Positions 53,041 through 64,000 of a DNA stretch of 64,000 bases are shown piece by piece; positions within the stretch are counted from its first letter, which is position 1, and each line of letters begins with the position of its first letter. The DNA lies in contig OZ176053.1 in assembly GCA_964247055.1 (NCBI GenBank), positions 4,960,001-5,024,000 of the forward strand. Direction: 5' to 3'. The DNA is from Paragordius varius (Eukaryota; Animalia; Nematomorpha). Made by a program: the position numbers and the translations under genes. The notes beneath the pieces are model-generated. The model was given only the letters and a program-made list of their open reading frames with translations. It made no database searches and was not told the DNA's origin.

Positions 53041-53515
53041 AGTTGGCTCGGAATATTGATATCACCTACCCATACCAACTAAACCCCTTGAATTTATACC
53101 ATAAGGCACAATCCTTAAACATTACGCCTGCCGTTATGTTTCCGGATTTGCCTTTGGCCTATCGTAGGCATCGGTTCTACCATCTGTTGGCTAACAACAT
53201 TTTCGGGAGCACCAGTTTGCATGAAATTACGGGATATTATCCAATGAGGTCGATCATTGAGATGAAATCGGAGATGAAAGTGATTCATAATTTGAATCAT
53301 CTAATGCCCTATCCCATTGATGCAAATTTGTACGTCTCCCCCACCTATCAAGACATGTTAAACAGGTATTACTATTTTGCATTATCGCGCATTCATTTTT
53401 TGTTATAATAAAACATGTATATTTTTGTAGAACATTGGCAGGACGTTCCCTCGAATGGAATAATTTGACGCTAACACAATATTATTTTCGCCCTGAATTG
53501 GAGTTTTACTATTGT
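53041..53515 (+). pseudogene. SGSH: SGSH fragment alpha-1 (3' part of exon 6, intron 6, most of exon 7)
   Basis: ARNIDITYPYQLNPLNLYHK...YVSPTYQDMLNR|intron|TLAGRSLEW; the intron is retained, so this is a DNA-level duplication. Confidence 0.92.
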
Positions 53516-54641
53516 TAGATCCTCTTGATTTTAATTTATTAATACACAATCAATACCAACCATTTTTTAACAAAACATTTAGTTATAAAATATTTTCCTG
53601 AATTTTAGCATTATTTGTCATTATAAAGGCTTTCAGAATGTTTTAAATTTTCTGGCAAAATTTTTTATAAGAGTGGCCCCATTTTATAAACGTGAGTAAT
53701 TTTTAATACTGAATTGGAAAAACAAGCAGCAATGAAATTTATCAATTAAATATTACATGTATGATAATTGTGCGGTCTTGTAATAACTGCGGGGATGGTC
53801 TGTTTAATAGTGATTATAGGATTCTCTTCGTATTAACATGGTGCTTTGATCGTATTGTTCTTATTATAAAACATATAAGTTAAAATAAAAATATACTTAA
53901 TATTAATTGGCATTTACACCATAAACGAAATTGCGGTTTTGCATCTAAAATGGTATTTTGTAATTAGTTTTGACAAAGTTGGTAAATATAACATTGATGT
54001 AAAACAAAATTTATTATTTTTAACAAAATTAATATCGTAATTAGTATTACATATATCCAAGTGTTAACTTTTAAATAATTTACAATTTTATACAATCATT
54101 AAAAAACAAAATTCCAACAAAAAATTCTGTAAAGTACAAAAAGTTGTATAAAATCTGTGACGGAAAAGCTTGGCTATAATTCAAATGAAATAATTCCCTC
54201 TGTTCCCTATTTCAATATATCTGTTGTTTATATATATACCTTTTAAATACCTTTAAAATACTTAATGCGATAATAATGTAGGTGTCTGTATATATTTTTA
54301 ATGCTCATTTTTAAAATTTACTTACATTGGCGAGACCAGAAATAAAAAAATTTTTAAATTTATAAATTTTAAAAAAAGAAACTTACTTGGGTATTAACAC
54401 TTTGATTTGACTTCAATGTTTCAAATCGTTCAAATGCCAAGTTCGCTAAAGACATTGTTATTTTAAATCAGTTTTAAATTCTAAACTATATTTCATTTCA
54501 AATAATACTTCAATATAATTATTATATGGGAACCCATTTCATGTAGTCCACTCATAAATGTAATCGTCATCGATTCGCAAATGGTAAAATTAGAAATCGC
54601 TTTTAAAGTAAAATACTTGGATGTGTTTAAGCAACAATATG

Positions 54642-54688
<47 letters not shown>

Positions 54689-55103
54689 AAACAATTTACT
54701 TAAACCAAAAATTTGAATAAATAAAAGACCTAAGTGTTGTTTTGTTTATATTTTTATTAATAGATGTTAATAGGTTCATTTGTTTGAAAGATAGTAGCTG
54801 GTATCCATTCTATTTAAGTGCTAAATAGAAGTTTTTAGTATAAATATTTTAATTTGATTACATTGTGTATTTATTTATAAAAAATTATAACTTTTTCAAT
54901 TATTTTACCTATTATTAAAATTTTTCATCTTATGGATAAATAGAGTTATTTAATATGTTCAGTAAACTGATTAATTGGTTAATTTATTAGTTAAAATAAA
55001 AATTGATTATAATTGCAAAAGGACTAGGTTATTATAAACGGCTAGATGCGCAATATATGTATATATATATATATATATAAATCACTTCGACTTACTATAT
55101 AAC

Positions 55104-56684
55104 TAAGGTGACCAGACGTCCCGCTTTTTCACACTGTTCCGCGTCCCGCTACGTTTTTAAAATGTCCCGCTTTTTCACGATTATATAAAAAGTTTTTTTT
55201 ATCCGTTTAAATTTATCATTAAATATCTTAAAATCTATTCAATTTTAAATTAAAATTTTTTATTTTATTAAAAATATTTATTTTTTTCGAATTTATATCA
55301 TATGATTATACACTTTGCTTCCTCCTACTACTGTCATCATTATTGAAAAGCCGAATTAATACCACAAATCGGCAGCTTAAAAGAAAAATTGATACCACAA
55401 ATCGGTACCTTACACGTTTATTCCAGAAAATTAAGGTAATATAATATTTGTTATACTAATAGTAGTTTATAAATATGAGCACAAAAAGAGGTTGTAAATT
55501 CAACGATGAATTAATGAAAGATTTTCCTTTTATCAAAAAAACGAAGAATGAATCATTTGTTAAATGTGTTATATGCGAGGGGAAATTCATTCTAGCACAT
55601 GGCGGCAAGCATGATATTACAAAGCATATGGAAACACAGAAACATAAAAAATGTTTAGATTTGGGGGCATCATTTTACAAAATGAGCGATTTTTTTCAAA
55701 AAACGGTTTTTGGAGAGGAAGAAAAGAATTTGGCACTAGCTGGGGGCGTGTTTCACGCCGTTAATCACAATCATTCCTTTGGATCTATGGACTGTACCTC
55801 AAAGGTTATTCGCACCTATTCAATAAAAAATTTACATGTGCCCGTGCAAGGGCTGTAGCCATTGAATGCAATGTCCTTTCGCCACATGCATTTTCTGAAA
55901 TACAAAAAGATTTACTGAAAATTAATTTTATATCGCTATACTTTGATGCATCTCACAAGGAAACAAAATTATTTCCTACTTTAATAAGATATTTTGATCC
56001 AGAAACTGGAGTAATTAAAATTTATTTTATTTCGCTACCCGGTGTTAATTCCGACACAAGTTTTACTTCAATAATGAATATTTTATAAAATAATAATTTA
56101 AAAGACAAAATCATCGCATATTGCGCTGATAAATGGTATAAAATTATTTTCTAACCTTTTTTTGACTTGGAATTTTGACCTTTGTCCTGTGATAAAAAAT
56201 AGGATTCTAGAAGATCACATTTTTATAAATATTTCAATCGCTGGCAAAAGAGCTAACCAACAGTACTACAATATCCAACCATTTTAACATCTATATTTTC
56301 CACATCCAGGGATAAATCAGTAGCTGTTTGAATAGCGTTGTGTATCTACCAATAATATTTTGATTAAGATTATTCGCTAAATTGTTAAAAATATTTTTTG
56401 TGCCGCTTCTTGCACCCAGCGCACTTTGTGATGATTTCGTCTTTATTATTTTTTTCTAGAATATTACAATAACTTCACCCTTTGTTCGTGCACTAAATTT
56501 ATTAAATAAGGTACAACAACCTGTAAGGTACAAATTTTTTTATATTTATAATGTATTTGTGTTAAAAATAAATAAATATTACAATCAATTTTGTATAAAA
56601 ATTTTTGGTTGTGCCCCCCAATGACCCCCCCCATCCCCTTCTCAGATTTGTCCCGCTTTTCCTTTAAAAAATCTGGTCACCTTA
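55104..56684 (+). mobile_element. hAT (Blackjack-like) copy 2, internal-deletion derivative
   Basis: TIR TAAGGTGACCAGA/TCTGGTCACCTTA; perfect TSD TATATAAC on both sides; transposase 5' part 55475 to ~56129 joined directly to the antisense segment ~56130-56532. Confidence 0.95.
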
Positions 56685-57450
56685 TATATAACATTTGCAC
56701 TTCAAACATTTCCTTGAACACTCTCTTTAAGTTTGGATTTAACCATAATTATTGCATGTTTTTTTATTTTATTAATATCTAAGCTCATTCCTTTTTTCAT
56801 TATATATCTATTCATTTGATAATTAATATTTATCATATAAAAACCACTTTTTTCTCAAGAAATATATTTTTAATTCCACAATATCGAAAACTTATAAATG
56901 TTTTTAACCTAAAATTTTAATTTATAAGCCAAGACATTAATAAAGATATACGGTTTCTGGATAAAGATAAATAAAAGTTTAGATTAAAAAATGAATGATA
57001 CACAGTTTGATTGACAAAAGATACTAATCTCCTGATGATGCCTATGGCTAAATTTTAAAAATTGATAAATTTATATTTTATTTTTACGTTATTTTACGAC
57101 GATTTTAAGTCATACAGAAATTAGTTTGGTGAAGGTTTACCAATGATGCAATCCATTGAGTTAGAAGGATGATCGAAAAGAATCTAGAGATGGGATCCAT
57201 AATAGATTTTTAAAAGAATTCGATAGTATACCAAGAATTATGGCGAAGTCTAAACAAACCATATCATATACATATATCATTCTGAAATTCATGCTTATCA
57301 TAGTCAAAGACATCGGAGAATGTTAAATTAAATAAATCTATAGGATTATCAGGCATTAGTTCTGCAACAACATTTAACCCTATTTATTAAAATAATTGCT
57401 TCGATGCTGACCTTTTATATATTTTTTATTATATGGTACTTAATTAAATA

Positions 57451-58885
57451 ACACTAGTCGACGAATTTGGACATTGAGCACCACCACTCAAAATTTTAAA
57501 TTATGACTAACTTCAGTGTTCTTTGAGAGATTATAGGTTTTATAATTTTTCAAAAACTAGAGAAAATCGAGAGAAATTAAATATAACTTTATATAAAAGT
57601 TATTATATTATAAATTTAATATCATTTAATAAAGCGTTTTAAACTCTATCTTTTGAATATAAATATGTCATTTAAATATCAGGGAGAAAAAAATAGTAAT
57701 GATATAACGTGAAAATTTAGTCTTTTTAAAGATTTTTAAACACGTATAAATTTATATTAAAAATATACTAAAAAAGGCATTCTTTGGTTTAAACCTTCGA
57801 ATTTCAGATCGACTATATTTATTTTGTTAGTTTTCGTTATTTCTAGTACTTATTAGGGTTTTTCTCTTCGGTTGATTCTTACAAAAAATCCTCATACTTC
57901 CACCTAGTGAATATTATATATTTTTAATGATTGGCTGTGTTAAATTTGAATTTCAGATGGATGATAAGTAGCCACTTTTATTACCTGGATTATGTATAAT
58001 ATATTACCATAATTTTATGAAACGCAAAAATATTTAAACTTATCTAATCTTGTGTTATCCGATTACATGGTCAAATCTGTCTAACTCTATTCTGGAATTG
58101 GTTTATTTGACATTTAGATGCTGAAGTTAATTACGTTATATTGCAGTCCCTACCGGGCTTTAATCACCTCATTATTGTATACCTTTGCCACTGGCATGAT
58201 TATAGGATTGCTTGGGGGATTTTTGTAGAGATTGTGCAGCCGCCGAGATATCATATTACACACCATATAGCTTTTTCGATTTATAATATTTTTGATTTTT
58301 AATACCCTTGGATCTTAGCAATATATTTTAATTCTATATTTTTAAAGTTTTTTTAATTTTATACATTAATTAACATATTGAATAAATTCATATTAATTAT
58401 TGAATATTGTCTATTTCTTTGTCGCATGCCCGCTCGATAAAACGTATTTCTCGTGCAGAAGAGATAACAAACCTTGAGCAGCGATTTTGGGCAGTTTATA
58501 TATTTTTATTAAGATCGACAACATTTTTATAAGGTATTATTATATGGATCATAAATAATATTTTCTGCAGAGTCTTTGTTAATAAAAAAATGTTCTATGG
58601 TATCTTATACTGGGGCTCGTATATTTGGATCATTTTTGCATTTTTGTTATCAAATTATACTGATAAACCTGGCTTTGAATACCTCTTGTATTAACTAATT
58701 CGTTAAACATTTAAATAAATGTACACGAGGAATAATTGTTTTTTAAAATTAAATACAAAATTTAAAATTAAATTTTAAAAAAATCCTATTGGGAGCCTCA
58801 AATTTTTTTGTTTTGGCCTATCCATGCCACTAGGCAACAGAAAATGCAAAAAAATGGGGTGGTGCAAAACCTTGTTGAGCAGTGT
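57451..58885 (+). mobile_element. TA-flanked non-autonomous Tc1/mariner-type element, copy 2
   Basis: Same termini as 17965-19689, TA on both sides, collinear interior, no SINE insert. Confidence 0.8.
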
Positions 58886-60002
58886 TATTGGCAAACACAT
58901 ATGTTTGTGCACACATTTGATCTTTACAACCCTCTCTCTATCAAAAATAGTCGTTTGCGAAATCGATATACACTAAACGCATGAAATAACCCTGCTACGT
59001 ATCAATTGAGTAGAAATCTTTGAAATATTAATTAATAAATTGCTTTTCCACATTTACTCATTTGCGTCATACATGATTTCGCTAAATTCTTTATTAGGTA
59101 ATAATCTAGGCAAAAGAAATACACAATGTAATATTTAAATTAGCGTTTAAAGAGATAACAAATATAGCCTATTACAAATTTGAATTAAACATACAAATTC
59201 ATATATCAACAATTACTATCCTTTAATCAAATAAACCAATTAACATCTATTAAGCCTATAGAGATAATACAAAACAACAGTTAGGTCCTTCATTTATTCA
59301 AATTTTTGGTTTAAGTAAATTGTTTTTTTAAATATATATATTATATATATTGTTGCTAAAATACTTCCAACTATTTTACTTTAAAAGCGAGTTTTTTTCT
59401 AATTCTACCATTTGCGAATCCGATTACATTGATGAGGGACTACATGGTTACCACACAATAATTATATTGAAGTATATTTGAAATGTATTATAGTGTAGAC
59501 TTTTTAACTGATTGAAAATGCAAACTGTCTTTTAAGCGAGCTTGGCATTGATTAAACGATTTGAAATGAAGTCAAATGATTCAATCAAAGTGTTCCCAAG
59601 TAATTTTTTTAAAAATTTATTAATATTATATTATTAATCTCGCCAATGTAACTAAATTTAAAAATTTAACCAAATATGAGAAATAATATGTAACTACGAT
59701 TAGAATCCTACAATCACTATTACAGGAATCGTACGATTATTTAGGCACAATGATCCTACATGTATTATTTAATTGATAATTTCTTGCTGCTTATTTTTCC
59801 AATGTTAGTAATTTTTATCAAAATAACTTACGTTTATAAAATCGGGCCACTCTTAAAGAAAATTTTGCCACAAAATTTAAAACATTTTGAAAGCCTTTAT
59901 AATGACATAATGCTAAATTTCAGGAAAATATTTCAAAACTAAATGTATTGTTAAAAAATGGTTGGTATTAATTGTGTATTAATAAATTAAAATCAATTTA
60001 AA

Positions 60003-60470
60003 CAATAGTAAAACTCCAATTCAGGGCGAAAATAATATTGTGTTAGCGTCAAATTATTCCATTCGAGGGAACGTCCTGCCAATGTTCTACAAAAATATAC
60101 ATGTTTTATTATAACAAAAAATGAATGCGCGATAATTACAAAATAGCAATACCTGTTTAACATGTCTTGATAGGTGGGGGAGACGTACAAATTTGCATCA
60201 ATGGGATAGGGCATTAGATGATTCAAATTATGAATCACTTTCATCTCCGATTTCATCTCAATGATCGACCTCATTGGATAATATCCCGTAATTTCATGCA
60301 AACTGGTGCTCCCGAAAATGTTGTTAGCCAACAGATGGTAGAACCGATGCCTACGATTGGCCAAAGGCAAATCCGGAAACATAACGGCAGGCGTAATGTT
60401 TAAGGATTGTGCCTTGTAATATAAATTTAAGGGGGTATGGGTAGGTAATATCAATATTCCGAGCCAACTG
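60003..60470 (-). pseudogene. SGSH: SGSH fragment alpha-2
   Basis: Near-identical inverse of alpha-1 with a 7 bp deletion near its 5' end; intron retained. Confidence 0.92.
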
Positions 60471-60559
60471 TAGGCTCGTGCCGAAAATATTGTTGGCCGT
60501 ATGAATTTAGCTCATTACATTAATTCCATACGGTCCATCTACATAACACTTGCCTAAGG

Positions 60560-61280
60560 TTCAAGGATTGTGGCAAAGAAAAACTTTCAATAGGCAATCT
60601 CCGTGATTGTCATATCCTTCATCACGAAATCTATAACACTTTTCATAACAATGTGGGATACTAGCATAACAGTGTGGGAAGAAGCTACACCCGATTATAT
60701 TTTATGGCAGTTTAGGAAAGTCCTTGTACTATCTCCTACGTTCATTATGATAACGAATACATTAGTTGAAAAAATGGCCTATGATATAAATATATCAGGC
60801 CCCTTTATTAATACTACAAGGCACAATCTTTAAACATTGGGCCTGCTGTAATGTTTCATCATTTGCTTTTGGCCAATCGTAAGCATCGTTTTTACCACCT
60901 GTTGGCTAATAATGTTTTAGGTAGAGCAAGCCTACATGAAATACAGGATATTATCCGATGAGATCGATTATTAAGATGAGTTCAGAAATGAAAGTTGATT
61001 CATAATCTGAAGCATCTCACGCCTAATCATATTGATGCAAATTTGTATGTCTCCCAGACATTTTAAGATATGTTACTAGAGTGTTATAACATTGGCAGGA
61101 AATTCGCTCGAAAACAACATATTAACTTTGAAACATAATTATTTTCGCCTAGAGTAGGGAGTATCATGAAATTAAGGATATCATAGAATTGTAGTTTTAA
61201 TTATTATTTTTATATTTAAGGAACGCTTACAATATTTATAACACCCTTTTTCCATAATGCACTATCAAATTGGTTTCAAA
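60560..61280 (+). pseudogene. SGSH: SGSH fragment beta-2
   Basis: Inverse of beta-1, e.g. AAGCATCGTTTTTACCACCTGTTGGCTAAT...GGATATTATCCGATGAGATCG; intron 6 is mostly deleted. Confidence 0.85.
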
Positions 61281-62960
61281 TTTATACGTTTTATATTTCA
61301 TTTACATTATTCGATTTGAAACAATTTAGGGGTCATGCCCTAAGCAGCGATGTCAATCAAAACACGCTGAAGAACATGTGACAAACTGTGTAGACAGGTG
61401 TCCCCCTCTTTCCCCGTATCGATATTTAGCTGCCGATTTGGTTCTAATTTTCGAAGATATAGGTTAGTTTTATATAATTTAAATTATTTTCTTTATTTAT
61501 ATATACCAACGTTTTGTACTAAATGTTAGGGTTTCCATTAACGCTAAACCTCTTATGGTATTGGGATATAATTGATCTTTTCACATAATTTGAAGCTTCC
61601 TGATCAACATGGGTGTTCATCAGTATCTTAAACCTAATGAAAAACCACAGAAGATGAAACTTAGACCTTTATGAAATGAATATTCAAAAATAAATATTAT
61701 ACATTTTTATTTGTATAGTGATTATATATTATGATATTAATATTTTTACATACATTTATTAATAATGCAATCATTGGCAATAATAAATATTATCTACAGA
61801 TGTATCAAATAACCTTTTAAACCTATTTTGATAAAAGCTTTAAACATTCTTTGTTTGTCAGAGGCAGTATGGTCAGAAAAAGGCATTCTATTATTAGATT
61901 GAATCATACACTGAATAAATTTAAGGCGTAGCTAAGGACAAAATTGTCCTAATCAACTAACAATTTTATCTAAATAATGATTATGTATATTTGATTAAAA
62001 AAGGTTCATCACACGCTTTCACAGCTCTAAAGATATCATAACAAAACTCGAGTTCAAACATTTTAAAAAATAGAATAAGCGACAATAGGCCCAATAGTAG
62101 AAGCTATACAAGATTACAATATTTATAGATCATTTATATTCAGTTACACTCAGCACTTATAAATAAATAAAAACACTTATTATAAAATCTAAAGATGCCT
62201 AATTTATTGAAAAATGATTCAAATAGATATTAAAAATCCCATTTTTTATGAATAGTGATTTAGAAGCTATTTTACATAGAATGCTTTGTCGCCTCATAAA
62301 AAATATTGAATTGATTATTACGATAATTTATATTGATGTTGTCCCTATAATTGCTTCTAGATCGCATTCACGGTGTAAGTCTGTACTAAAGGGTGAATTA
62401 TGGCTAAATCCCCTTAACTTGGTAAAAAGACAATGATATAAAAATCATTTGGTGTATTGTTTATCGAAAATGGGCTAGAAATTTTAAAATTCGATAAATT
62501 TTTGAAAAGTTTCTCACTAGGTGGGAATCTCTAAAAAGCTTGCTAATTCTTGGACATAAAATATTTATTTTAAGGAGATTAAATTTGGGCTGTTGGTGAC
62601 CCCAGGTCTGGTGACCACCTTTATAATTTTTGTTCATGTTCGTCTTGACATTTTGAAGTAATTTCTTACCTCAGAGATGAAATTAGTAAACGTCTGCTTT
62701 TAAATGTTTCGGTTTAAATTTATCACTGTTCCCATGTATCGAAAAACTTTAATTTTACAGTTAATCAATTCTATAGTCCCAAATTTGGATATCTATGAAA
62801 AAAGATTCAAGTTAAAAGCTGTTACTAAAATCAATAAATATCAAAACTATGCTGCTATAGAAAAGCTTTCCAACGTTAATTATATTTTTTCATTATAATT
62901 ACTTCTTGGTATGATGTTTGGGTAAAAAATGGTGGCAAAAATGTTTGAGGATATGATGTT

Positions 62961-63550
62961 TTAACACTTCGATTCAAATTGGGGTATCTAAATACCCCAG
63001 ACTAAATTTAATTTTATATTTTTAAAAAACTACTGAAGGAAACGGTACCAATTTAAATTTATGCTTCTATCCTAATAAATATTATATAAATATGCCAAAA
63101 TATCTTGATAAAATTTTGTTTTGAAAAAAAGGCTCCATCTCAAACTACTTCGACGCCATTTTTATTTAATAAAATTTTTGCAAAATATCGTCTTCATTTA
63201 ATTTTAAGGGTAAAACTAAAGCTAATTTTATATATAAATTACATCTAACATTGATAGAAATAGAAAAAGAGGTTTAGCTTGTGTAATTTTTCAACTTTAC
63301 AATTTGACACATGTCACGTTGACGAAATTTTTACCTTTCGGTTTTAGCTTAAAATAAGTAATGTCAAGTATTTCTGAAATTTTTTTTTTATATATTTCGG
63401 TTTATTAATGTTAGATAAGTGCAAAATTTTGCCATGGTTTCGATTGCTTCTATATTTTTTAAAGAATTTAATTTTAAACAGGCCTGGGGTATCCAACTAC
63501 CCCAATTTGAATCGAAGGACTAAAATGAGTGTGTTGTATCCAAGTGTTAA
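62961..63550 (+). mobile_element. piggyBac-like MITE (TTAA-flanked)
   Basis: TTAA|CACTTCGATTCAAATTGGGGTATCTAAATACCCC ... CCCCAATTTGAATCGAAG(spacer)CAAGTG|TTAA; reverse complement of 7311-7894. Confidence 0.85.
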
Positions 63551-64000
63551 TGATTTACTTTTAACCTTTTTTATGTCTCATTTGGCCAAAAGGCTAAGGA
63601 AAGGATATTCTTAAATTCGGAACAAAGTTAAAAAAATTTTTTACGTATTAACATGCCCCTAAAACTACCTCAGTTTATATAGTGTTAAAATTAAATATTT
63701 AAAAAATATGAAATTATAAAACACTGTAAAAGTTTCCAATTATATAACATTGTGAACCAAAATATGTATAAGAATTTTTACAAAAAACTGAGACAATCCA
63801 ACATAACATGTGCAAATTTTCTAAATATAAAGATACTTCAAAAAACCACTTAGTTTATGATATTAGATTTAATTATAAATGAAAATATCTAATTATCGCC
63901 AAAATAAAACCAAGATTTCTAAAATTTTTATATAGAAATTGCGGGAATATTTTGATATAAAGGTTTTAAAAGTAGATATAATTTAAATATTTTTTAGGCT

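Larger units (their letters stand above)
50510..54680. repeat. Left arm of a ~4 kb inverted segmental duplication
   Basis: Reverse-complement collinearity with 59330-62950, e.g. 50510 CCTCAAACATTTTTGCCACC vs 62931-62950; 51372 CTATTGGGCCTATTGTCGCTTAT vs ~62075-62097; 54399-54680 vs 59330-59595. An extra ~450 bp (~53850-54300) is present only in this arm. Confidence 0.9.
59330..62950. repeat. Right arm of the ~4 kb inverted segmental duplication
   Basis: Reverse complement of 50510-54680. Confidence 0.9.

Noticed and set aside
53041-53515. SGSH copies as retrogenes or functional paralogues
   Set aside because: Intron 6 is retained, the catalytic N-terminal half is absent, and exon 7 is truncated.
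57250-57370. Possible LINE RT fragment (LNKSIGLSGIS, cf. KAPGPDGI)
   Set aside because: A single short motif with no adjacent RT domains.

Overview
Very AT-rich, transposon-rich eukaryotic (metazoan-type) genomic DNA; there is no sign of prokaryotic features or CRISPR. Four spliced genes lie on the minus strand: a complete 7-exon beta-tubulin (5234-6990), a CCDC50-like gene missed by the ORF track (from 20735), an ADAM17/TACE-like metalloprotease (24374 to ~32300) and an N-sulphoglucosamine sulphohydrolase, SGSH (46024-49751). These genes use 21-27 nt GT-AG micro-introns alongside >1 kb introns. The rest is a dense mosaic of decayed mariner, P-like, hAT and LINE sequences, piggyBac-like and Tc1-like MITEs, a tRNA-derived SINE, a foldback structure and a ~25 x 172 bp tandem array. 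Most notable: (1) a 9.2 kb unit (hAT element + satellite cargo + hAT MITE, 36453-45667) bounded by a single perfect 8 bp target-site duplication; (2) a hAT (Blackjack-like) family that carries a built-in antisense copy of its own transposase; (3) a nested palindrome of four SGSH fragments next to the parent gene; (4) non-canonical catalytic motifs and in-frame micro-introns in SGSH. All alignments, identities and family assignments were made by eye and from memory of the families; none were computed.
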